Shown here: in pieces, positions 32,002 through 39,049 of the stretch
Position numbering within the stretch: position 1 is the stretch's first letter
Layout: every line of letters starts with the position of its first letter
Source: a virus
Strand: one strand, 5' to 3'
Virus record (IMG/VR): IMGVR_UViG_3300029532_000009
Coordinates: 1 to 42,174 of that record
DNA length: 42,174 nucleotides
Translations under genes and position numbers: made by a program
Notes under the pieces: model-generated
The model's input: only the letters and a program-made list of their open reading frames with translations
What the model was told of the DNA's origin: nothing
Database searches by the model: none

Positions 32002-33245
32002 TCCCTCAGTTTCACAAGGCGCTTCGTGCGCACAAAATATCGGATGGCGTCCATGCAGTGGTCGTTGACCTTCAGCACGGCGTCATCTTTATCTGGGTCC
32101 CAAGCATATACGCCGAACTCTTCCAGCGTGTGCTTGCAGTCTTTGCAGATCTTCAGCCGCCCGGTCTGCAGCATGGTCTGTACGTCCAGAATACCGCTCA
32201 GAACGTCGTTGTTTGCCGGGTTCTGGGTAAAGCCATTCTTGCGCAGTTCCGTAATCAGGGGCAGGGCAGAGGGGTCCACGATGACCCGCTCCGGCTTCAG
32301 GCCGTCCAGCCACGCTTTGAGATCTGTGACGTACTCGCCCACGGTCTTTTGCCGCTTCTGCTCTCGCCCGCTGTAGTAATACTCCCTGGTGACGATCCAG
32401 CAGTCTGCATCGGCCTGTTTTTGGAGCAGCAGGAACACCGTTGCGTTCTGGGTGCCGAAGTCGCACGCCACATAGGCGCTCTTCGGGGACAGCTCGGGCA
32501 GCACGTCAATGACGTGTTTTTTGGGGTCGAACATGTCATATACAAGTCCCTCTGCCACCGTCCACAGGCCCAGAATGTAGCGCTGGTAGAAAACGCCGCT
32601 GTACTGGCTGCGGTATCTGGCCTTGATTTCCTCGGAGAGCGACAAGTTGTCGTCCATCGTAAAGTGGAGGTACATCATCTTGCGGGAACGGCATTTCCGC
32701 ACCCACTCAAGATAAAACCAATGCTGTGGGCTGCCCGGGTTGCAGTTGAACCAGAATTTTGACCCGGTGACGGAGCAGCGGGCAGTGGCCTGATTGACAA
32801 AGCTCTGCGGCATCAGCGCCACCTCGTCAAAGAATGCCCCAGCCAGCGTGATGCCCTGGATCAGGTCTTGGCTGCTCTCGTCTTTGCCGCCGAAAAAGTA
32901 AAACTCGTTGGATTTGCCGCCTTTGCTGACGGTCATGAAATTTTCTGCCCGATGCTCTTTGACATTGTAGCCACGGGCTGCAAGCTGCTGCTTGAGCGTG
33001 CCAAGCACGTTTCGCCGGAAGCTGGCAATGGTCTTGCCGCACATGGCAAACTGCTGGCCGCTGTAGCAGGTCATGGCCCACTGGACAAAAGAAAAGCTCA
33101 TGGCAAAGGTCTTGCCCGAGCGGATAGCGCCATCGGCAATGATGCCGTTGTAGCCGCTGTATGCGCTCTGCGGTGTCCACCAGCTAAGAACCTGTTTCTG
33201 CCGCTGGCTGAGGGCTTTCCAGCGAAAGCCGTTACTTTTCCGCAT
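31998..33245 (-). CDS. terL: Terminase large subunit
   Basis: ATG 33245 (MRKSNGFRWKALSQRQKQVLSWW...). Walker A GAIRSGKT. About 415 aa. Confidence 0.9.
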   Translation of the reverse strand: MRKSNGFRWKALSQRQKQVLSWWTPQSAYSGYNGIIADGAIRSGKTFAMSFSFVQWAMTCYSGQQFAMCGKTIASFRRNVLGTLKQQLAARGYNVKEHRAENFMTVSKGGKSNEFYFFGGKDESSQDLIQGITLAGAFFDEVALMPQSFVNQATARCSVTGSKFWFNCNPGSPQHWFYLEWVRKCRSRKMMYLHFTMDDNLSLSEEIKARYRSQYSGVFYQRYILGLWTVAEGLVYDMFDPKKHVIDVLPELSPKSAYVACDFGTQNATVFLLLQKQADADCWIVTREYYYSGREQKRQKTVGEYVTDLKAWLDGLKPERVIVDPSALPLITELRKNGFTQNPANNDVLSGILDVQTMLQTGRLKICKDCKHTLEEFGVYAWDPDKDDAVLKVNDHCMDAIRYFVRTKRLVKLRD

Positions 33246-33726
33246 TGTCGTCCTCTTCCTTTGGCAGAAGATCCACATCGTCAGGCGGGCTGAGGTCTGC
33301 GGCGGCATTCAGGGCCTCCACAAGGCCATCGTCCGGGACTTCTATGCTATTCTGGTCTCCCAGCATGGCAAACTTGTCCACGATGGTGCCAAACGCCGTT
33401 GACAGCTGCGGCAGTGTTGCTTCCGCGATCTTGTCCGGGTCGGCCATCGCTTTCAGGTACAGCCCGAGAAGCTCTTGTGCTTCTCCTTGCTTGCTCTCCA
33501 TGTAAGAAAGCATGTCCTTCGAGTTTTCCCGTTTTTTTTGTGCACACAAGCGCGCACTCTCCGGGTCTTCCTTTACGACTTTCTTAACGGTCGCGTCCGA
33601 AACGTCATTCAGCTTTGCGGCTGCACGGTAGCTTTGGAGCTGCACATAGTCCGCAACGATCTTCTTTTTTTGCTTATCTGTCAGCCGCCGTGCGCCCACC
33701 GCCACCACCTCTCTAAACTCATACAA
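33232..33726 (-). CDS. terS: Terminase small subunit
   Basis: 164 aa upstream of and overlapping TerL. N-terminal HTH (LTDKQKKKIVADYVQLQSYRAAAKLNDVSDATVKKVV) and an acidic tail. A GTG start about 24 nt downstream is possible. Confidence 0.7.
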   Translation of the reverse strand: MYEFREVVAVGARRLTDKQKKKIVADYVQLQSYRAAAKLNDVSDATVKKVVKEDPESARLCAQKKRENSKDMLSYMESKQGEAQELLGLYLKAMADPDKIAEATLPQLSTAFGTIVDKFAMLGDQNSIEVPDDGLVEALNAAADLSPPDDVDLLPKEEDDNAEK

Positions 33727-33769
33727 AAGAAAAACCGCCCGGAAACCCGAACGGTCAAAATATCGAATG

Positions 33770-33843
33770 TGCCGCTTGCAGGAATCGAACCCGCTACCCC
33801 CGGATTAAAAGTCCGGTGCTCTGCCAGACTGAGCTAAAGCGGC
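33770..33843 (-). tRNA. tRNA-Lys (anticodon UUU), no encoded CCA
   Basis: GCCGCTT TA GCTC AGTCTGGCA GAGC A CCGGA CTTTTAA TCCGG GGGTA GCGGG TTCGATT CCTGC AAGCGGC A. The anticodon arm is identical to the copy at 26066..26142. Confidence 0.85.
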
Positions 33844-33919
33844 ATAAGAAAAACCAGCTTTGCTGCATGGAGCTCATCATGCAAAAAGCTGGTTTTTAAT
33901 CGTATTGTATCAGCAGCGG

Positions 33920-34147
33920 TTAATCCGCACGGATAGCAGGCCGTGCTCCTTGGATACAGCCACGGCCTCCGATCTCTGCCCGAGGCTCGCGTTTTGTGTG
34001 GTCTGCACGGAAACCGAAACACCGCGCATAGCGCACAAAGTGGCTTTCTTTGTTGCTGATCGGTAAGGCCGAGAGGATAAGGCCAGCGCCGAGACGCGTC
34101 AAAAATTTTGCCATGTCGCAAATCAGTTCTTTCAAGCGCTCAAACAT
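33920..34147 (-). CDS. Small ORF inside the tRNA block (uncertain)
   Basis: ATG 34147 lies 6 nt after GGAGAGGAGG. MFERLKELICDMAKFLTRLGAGLILSALPISNKE... The C-terminal half is Arg/Gly-rich and may not be coding. Hairpins lie on both sides (34169-34187; 33850-33898). Confidence 0.3.
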   Translation of the reverse strand: MFERLKELICDMAKFLTRLGAGLILSALPISNKESHFVRYARCFGFRADHTKREPRAEIGGRGCIQGARPAIRAD

Positions 34148-34199
34148 TTGTATGCCTCCTCTCCAAAAGTGTCCACTGCGGACACTCTAAAATCACGCT

Positions 34200-34335
34200 A
34201 GCCGCCAGCTGGATTTGAACCAGCACCCACGGAACGGATGTGCGCAGTGGCTGGCTGTGCAGTGATGTTCCCGTGGTGTCACCAACGTTGTCCCGCCTTA
34301 AATGGGCGGCGCTCTTCCAGTTGAGCTATGACGGC
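34200..34335 (-). ncRNA. 136-nt non-canonical tRNA-like gene (Lys-like anticodon loop with A33, about 68-nt insertion in the variable region)
   Basis: GCCGTCA TA GCTC AACTGGAA GAGC G CCGCC CATTTAA GGCGG [68 nt] GCTGG TTCAAAT CCAGC TGGCGGC T. The insertion contains a ~10-bp helix, CCACGGGAAC...GTTCCGTGG. Confidence 0.55.
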
Positions 34336-34459
34336 ATATAAGCAGCGCCCCGCATTCAGTTACGTTGGACAAGCGTCAAACGGTGGAGCGCCGCTGCATC
34401 TGGAACTTTCGCCGCCAGATGCCCGGCTATCTGCGCAGCCCCCTCACAGGGTACGCAGC

Positions 34460-34537
34460 TGGCATTCCCGGCAGGGACCGAGCCTGCAGCCTCTGGTTTT
34501 GGAGACCAGCGCTCTACCAATTTTGAGCTACGGGAAT
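34460..34537 (-). tRNA. tRNA-Trp (anticodon CCA), CCA encoded
   Basis: ATTCCCG TA GCTC AAAATTGGTA GAGC G CTGGT CTCCAAA ACCAG AGGCT GCAGG CTCGGTC CCTGC CGGGAAT G CCA. The A1:U72 pair and G73 are as in bacterial tRNA-Trp. The T loop is atypical (C54, G58). Confidence 0.8.
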
Positions 34538-34544
34538 ATAAAAA

Positions 34545-34613
34545 GCCGCCCTTGGAATCGAACCAGCCGTGTCTACGCACACGCGCCGCGCTCCAAATTG
34601 CGCTCAGGCGGCC
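34545..34613 (-). ncRNA. Degenerate tRNA-like element (about 68 nt)
   Basis: Good acceptor stem (GCCGCCT/GGGCGGC), canonical D arm (GCGC AATTTGGA GCGC) and T loop TTCGATT. The T stem has a bulge, and the anticodon region folds only as CGTGT/ACACG with a 6-nt loop. Confidence 0.4.
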
Positions 34614-34649
34614 ATATAAAAACAGCTCCGGTTCTCCGCCGGGGCTGTT
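34614..34649 (-). terminator. Rho-independent terminator inside the tRNA block
   Basis: 11-bp stem aacagctccgg/ccggggctgtt (one G:U pair). On the minus strand it is followed by TTTTTATAT. Confidence 0.6.
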
Positions 34650-34765
34650 GGTTGGCGCACATCCTGTCAGGAAAGCTACACCTTGGCAAGGATTCTAAGG
34701 CCTTTTCTTGGCACGGGAGGTTGCACGTGCGGCCTTGCGGGTTGTCTAGTCCATGCGCCATACGG

Positions 34766-34836
34766 TGCGATACGGCGGAATCGAACCGCCTCCTGTCTCT
34801 CATGAGCGGCAGCCTGCCTTTGTGTCAGTGTATCGC
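34766..34836 (-). ncRNA. Degenerate tRNA-like element (71 nt) containing CAT
   Basis: Perfect acceptor stem GCGATAC/GTATCGC and T arm GGCGG TTCGATT CCGCC. The D stem is only CTG/CAG. I could not fold an anticodon stem around ...GCTCATGAG... Confidence 0.4.
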
Positions 34837-35033
34837 ATAGAAGCAGCCCGCGAAACGGTGAAGGGGAGCGGGGCAAAGCATGAAACCCGCCGGGAAGGCC
34901 GTTCCGGAGACTGCGTGCATCGGTTTGCCTTTTCGGCTTTGCCGATGGTACCATGATAAGCCTTGAGCCGATTAGAAGTAAATCCCAAGGCATGTAAAAA
35001 TAAACCGCAGTTTTGTTGTGTAAAATGTACAAA

Positions 35034-35531
35034 TCACCCGAGATTCAGTTCCGTGGTGATCTCAGCCAGCTGCTCAAGTCCGTCAGAAACCGCCTGAGAG
35101 ACCTGGCACGGCTTTGAATAGCCCACGATCCGGGCAATTTCTGCCTGCCTTTTTCCTTCCACAAAATACAGGATCAGGCAGCGGCTGCGCTTGATGGACG
35201 CCGGGTCTGCATGGAGCATGTAGGCCACTTCAATGGCTTTCTTCTGCATCTCGGCATACTGGCATTTCAGCTCGTGCAGATGCTGCTCGGCATCCATGGC
35301 GGCGTCGCTGTTCCGGCCTACCTTGTCGCTGGTTCCGGAGCGGCCGGGTGCGCCGGAAGTCCCGGATGTGGTTGAGGTGGCTGCGTTTTTCAGACTTGAG
35401 ATGCGTTCCTGCTGCTGGCGAATCAGCGCCCGCATTTTCGGCAGGCGCTCGAACCAGTCCCGCAGCTCTTTCACATTGCTGGCTTCGCCCGGCTTGGGTG
35501 CATCACTCTCAGGTATCCATGTGATGGTCAT
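35034..35531 (-). CDS. Late-gene regulator candidate, sigma-70 region-4-like HTH
   Basis: ATG 35531 follows AAAGGAG. Coiled-coil N-half. C-terminus SIKRSRCLILYFVEGKRQAEIARIVGYSKPCQVSQAVSDGLEQL. It is the last gene before the tRNA block and terminase. Confidence 0.55.
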   Translation of the reverse strand: MTITWIPESDAPKPGEASNVKELRDWFERLPKMRALIRQQQERISSLKNAATSTTSGTSGAPGRSGTSDKVGRNSDAAMDAEQHLHELKCQYAEMQKKAIEVAYMLHADPASIKRSRCLILYFVEGKRQAEIARIVGYSKPCQVSQAVSDGLEQLAEITTELNLG

Positions 35532-35808
35532 TATTACTCCTTTCTTCAAAATCGCAACAATATTCGGGCGGATTTATGTATCCTTCGTCTTTGTCACCGC
35601 TCTGGCAGATATAGTGATATCCGGATTCTGACGCCCCAAATTTTTGCTTTAAGAATACGCACCGGTCGCAAAGGCAAGGTTTGTTTCGATTGAGCCCCCG
35701 CTTGAAATATTCAATTGGGTTGCCATCGCTAAGAACAAACCAGATAAAAAGCCCTGCAAGTGTTGCCATGAACAGCGTGCTTGCAACTTCAAATAGCATA
35801 TCAAGCAT
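35509..35808 (-). CDS. Membrane-anchored Cys-rich small protein
   Basis: ATG 35808 follows GGAGG. TM helix ASTLFMATLAGLFIWFVL, then CLCDRCVFLK...YICQSGD...YCCDF. Confidence 0.5.
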   Translation of the reverse strand: MLDMLFEVASTLFMATLAGLFIWFVLSDGNPIEYFKRGLNRNKPCLCDRCVFLKQKFGASESGYHYICQSGDKDEGYINPPEYCCDFEERSNNDHHMDT

Positions 35809-35809
35809 T

Positions 35810-36181
35810 TTACTCCTCCATTTTTTCGATCTCAATTTCCACCCGGGGGTTCTTCCGATCAAGATCCACCCGGCTGCCATCGTGGGCGGCGACGATCTTG
35901 CTGTTGTCGTCCTCCAGCACGCGGGCTTTAACCAGAATGTCCGTTGTAGCCTCGATGAGGTTTGCCAGATCGACCCGGCGGGCGGTTTTCATGTAGTACA
36001 CGCACCTCACGTTCACACGGGCAGAGATTGGGCTACGTGGCCTTTTGATTTGTCGCAGGCAGTCCGTCTCATAATCCACATAAACCTTGCTGGGGGCCAC
36101 GAATGGGGTCCCGGAGCGTGTGCGGAGAATGCGTGCGGAATTTTTCTTGGTGCGTGGGTCGCCGTAGAGGGTCAGCTTCAT
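35810..36181 (-). CDS. rusA: RusA-family Holliday junction resolvase
   Basis: ATG 36181 (ATGA overlap). MKLTLYGDPRTKKNSARI...DLANLIEATTDILVKARVLEDDNSKIV is the RusA pattern. Confidence 0.75.
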   Translation of the reverse strand: MKLTLYGDPRTKKNSARILRTRSGTPFVAPSKVYVDYETDCLRQIKRPRSPISARVNVRCVYYMKTARRVDLANLIEATTDILVKARVLEDDNSKIVAAHDGSRVDLDRKNPRVEIEIEKMEE

Positions 36182-36738
36182 CTGCCTTCCTCCACATAGT
36201 ACCAGCTTTGGGGCGGGCGTTCGATTCCGAATGCTTCTCCCCGGCAAATTAGCTTTTCCGCGTCCCATCTGCGGCAGGTGCAACAGTCTCCGCGATGCGT
36301 ACAGGGTTGTATCGCCCAGAAATCTTTAAGCTTTACTGGCTTATCATAAATTTTCAGGTCAGAAATGTGCCAGCCGTATCCGTCACCGCCCTTGAGATAC
36401 TTTTTAGCCTGCGTTTCGGTCAAGCAAGCCGCTTGAAGCAGTGCATCTGCCGGTTTATACCACCCGTCCAATGTCAAAATGTTTATGTCCATCATCGTTC
36501 CGATGTGGACGAGCTTGTCGATTTTTTCACAGGTGAACTGGCCAATTACTCTGCCGTCCATTTTCTGCACGCCCGCCTTGGGCAATTTCATGACCAAGCC
36601 ATCGTGACCGGTGCAGTAGATGTACGCCTTGAACGGTGTTTCCAGTGTCGGGCGATTCTTGCGCACCTCCACGGTTTTCATCCCGCTCCAAATCAGCTTG
36701 CACCAGTTGGGCCGAATGCTCAAAAGGACTGCTTTCAT
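36178..36738 (-). CDS. ASCH-domain protein
   Basis: MKAVLLSIRPNWCKLIWSGMKTVEVRKNRP is the ASCH/PUA-like N-terminal signature. Cys-rich C-terminal extension. Confidence 0.65.
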   Translation of the reverse strand: MKAVLLSIRPNWCKLIWSGMKTVEVRKNRPTLETPFKAYIYCTGHDGLVMKLPKAGVQKMDGRVIGQFTCEKIDKLVHIGTMMDINILTLDGWYKPADALLQAACLTETQAKKYLKGGDGYGWHISDLKIYDKPVKLKDFWAIQPCTHRGDCCTCRRWDAEKLICRGEAFGIERPPQSWYYVEEGR

Positions 36739-36774
36739 AGTTTCCCTCCAATCAGGTCGTCACGGTTTTCATTT

Positions 36775-37418
36775 TTACCCCCACTGTTTAGCCATTGCTT
36801 TTGCAATGCCTGGAAAAGTTTTGCTACGTTCTTTTGAGTGGCCGCGTCCCATCCAATGATTCTTTTCTCGCAATTTTGGTGGCAACGTCGTCATGTAGTC
36901 GTACACGTTGTCAGTTTCCTCAAGGATAGGAAGATTTTTAATCCACAGGCAAGTTTTCTTTTGCTCCGGGTGTCCAAACTGCCAAGGATTGATAATCTGA
37001 TCCGGCTTTCGGTATAGCGTAGACATCACGCACACAGGATTTTCAACCGCTATATGCGGGACATCCGCTTCAATAAATTTCATAAAGAATGCAGCAGCTT
37101 CATAGCGTAAGCTGAGTGGTTTTTTCCCCTCCGTGAACCACCGCGCACCAGAAACAGCTAGGTGTGTGCAAGGCGGGTGTGCAATGAGCAAGTCCCACTT
37201 GCCAACGTCATGCGTTACGCCGTCCATCGTCACGACTTGCCCCCCCCCTCCAGAGCCTTGAGCGCATCTCCGAGAATATGCCATTCAGGATGCCCGCCGG
37301 ACGGCTCCTGAATGTCGCAGGAGTAGGCTTCGTGACCCTTGGCGCGGAACGCCTTGCACACTTCCTGCGATTCCTCGCAGGCAATCAGCACTTTCACCGT
37401 TTTCTTCCTCCCATCCAT
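36775..37418 (-). pseudogene. C5-cytosine-methyltransferase-like gene split by a frameshift in a G9 (plus-strand C9) tract
   Basis: ORF 37230..37418 (probable GTG start 37397; VKVLIACEESQEVCKAFRAKGHEAYSCDI...) and ORF 36775..37284 (...WDLLIAHPPCTHLAVSGARWF...AVENPV...RSKTFPGIAKAMAKQW) overlap at C9 37240-37248. One extra G, or a -1 slip, joins them. Confidence 0.7.
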
Positions 37419-37582
37419 CCTTCTTTGTTGAAATCGTTACGGCTGATGCGCTCCGCGGCGTGCTGGGCGTTGGTGCAGATCAATTCTGCCTTGTGCTGCG
37501 TTCTCCACTCTGCAAAGCGCGGGCAGGTGTCGTGGCAGGCCGTGTGCCGCTCCGGGCAGTCCTTACATGTCGGGTTCGTCAT
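37394..37582 (-). CDS. Small Cys/His-rich protein (62 aa)
   Basis: ATG 37582 follows GGAGG. MTNPTCKDCPERHTACHDTCPRFAEWRTQHKAEL... Confidence 0.5.
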   Translation of the reverse strand: MTNPTCKDCPERHTACHDTCPRFAEWRTQHKAELICTNAQHAAERISRNDFNKEGWMGGRKR

Positions 37583-37732
37583 GGGGATTCGACCTCCATT
37601 CTTTTTGCCTGAATATCCGTATACTCTGGGTAGTGGTCGCCCGCCATCTGGCAGGCCCTGAATTCTGCCGCCTGCGGACTGGATGCCGTCATGCGGTAGG
37701 TGAGTGCTGCATCTCCAACCGGGCCACTGCAC

Positions 37733-38512
37733 TCAAGGATCACTTTGTATCGGGGCATTCTCTTCCTCCTTTTTTCGCTTCTCGAGCCACTTCATGGTGC
37801 GGTCCGGTGCGTCCCTCATGAAATCCCTGGCCTTTTCGGCTTCCTCCGGCGGGCGGGAAACGTACCGCACCGGGTTGCGCTGGAACGCAGGGGCTTTTTG
37901 CCGCTCCTTGTCCCGCGAGATCCAGCAGGATGCAGCTGCCTTCCAGCTCTTCATGGGGTTCTTACCCACCTTCCACCCGTTGGACGTGTAGAAGTCCATG
38001 AACCGCTGCGCCTGCTCATCTGAGCCGCCCTTCTCGGCAAAATACGCCTTGACCTCCACATCATCCGGCGGATGGAAACGGTTCGATTTTGCTTGGGAGG
38101 GTGTAGTAGACGCGTCAGCGTCTCCATCTCTCTCTAATACGTCAGTATTAGATTTGTACTTTGTACTTTGTACTTTGTACTTTGGTGCCCCATGGGTTTC
38201 GTTGGGTTTCTCAGAAAACCCATGGGTTTCGTTGGGTTCTTTTGGCTTTTTCGGTCTACCGCCTTTACTGCCGTTCGTGTGCTGCGCGTCAATTTTGCGT
38301 TTATACGTTTTAATATTTTCGTTCATGAACGGGCGTAGTGCTTCAAATGCCATGCGTTCGATGGGTTGCATCTCTTCCGGCTCCCGATTCAGCTCCACAT
38401 ACTGCCGCATCTGGGTGACAACGTTTTTGTACTGTTCCGGCGGGAGGATATCCAGAATGACGAACTTGTCAAACGGAATCATCAAAGCCTTTGGCCTTAC
38501 TTCCTCTTCCAT
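37733..38512 (-). CDS. Replication organiser/initiator-like protein
   Basis: 259 aa after SSB. C-terminal half FHPPDDVEVKAYFAEKGGSDEQAQRFMDFYTSNGWKVGKNPMKSWKAAASCWISR is a motif I associate with phage replication/DnaD-like proteins. Contains iteron-like DNA repeats. Confidence 0.5.
   Translation of the reverse strand: MEEEVRPKALMIPFDKFVILDILPPEQYKNVVTQMRQYVELNREPEEMQPIERMAFEALRPFMNENIKTYKRKIDAQHTNGSKGGRPKKPKEPNETHGFSEKPNETHGAPKYKVQSTKYKSNTDVLERDGDADASTTPSQAKSNRFHPPDDVEVKAYFAEKGGSDEQAQRFMDFYTSNGWKVGKNPMKSWKAAASCWISRDKERQKAPAFQRNPVRYVSRPPEEAEKARDFMRDAPDRTMKWLEKRKKEEENAPIQSDP
38153..38240. repeat. Iteron-like repeats inside the replication gene (candidate origin)
   Basis: tttgtac x4 (38153-38180). 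20-nt direct repeat cccatgggtttcgttgggtt at 38189-38208 and 38219-38238. GGGTT(T)C motifs at 38194, 38204, 38224 and 38234. Confidence 0.55.
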
Positions 38513-38572
38513 GCTCCACCTCCTTCCTTTTGAGCGCCCGTAACGTCAGATAGCACATCGCTTTGCCAGTTA

Positions 38573-39046
38573 TCAGAACGACAGGTCGCCGTCGTCGGTG
38601 ATCTCGGCAAAGTCGTCCGGCTCGCCCTGCGCGTAACCGGCCTGCGGTGCGCTGTGAGAGGCGTTTGCCTGCTGTGCATAACTTTGCGTCTGCTGCTCAA
38701 AACTCCGTGCAGCGGACTTCCCCGCCGCCTTTGCGCCCGCAAAGCTCACATTGTTCGCAACGACCTCGAAAGCGGTACGGTTGTTGCCGTTCTTGTCCTG
38801 ATACTGGCGGGTCTGGATGCTGCCGTCGATGGCAATCAGGCTGCCCTTCTGGAAATACTTGCAGACGAACTCGGCAGTCTGCCGCCATGCGACAATGTCA
38901 ATAAAATCGGCCTTGCGCTCCTCTCCCTGGCGGACATAGCTGCGGTCGCAGGCGATACGGAAACGGCACACGCTGGTGCCCTGCGTGGTGGTCTTGAGTT
39001 CCGGGTCCGCCACAAGGCGGCCAATGATGGCTACAACGTTAAGCAT
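38573..39046 (-). CDS. ssb: Single-stranded DNA-binding protein
   Basis: MLNVVAIIGRLVADPELKTTTQGTSVCRFRIA...FIDIVAWRQTAE is an OB-fold signature. Acidic tail DDGDLSF. Confidence 0.9.
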   Translation of the reverse strand: MLNVVAIIGRLVADPELKTTTQGTSVCRFRIACDRSYVRQGEERKADFIDIVAWRQTAEFVCKYFQKGSLIAIDGSIQTRQYQDKNGNNRTAFEVVANNVSFAGAKAAGKSAARSFEQQTQSYAQQANASHSAPQAGYAQGEPDDFAEITDDGDLSF

Positions 39047-39049
39047 GCA

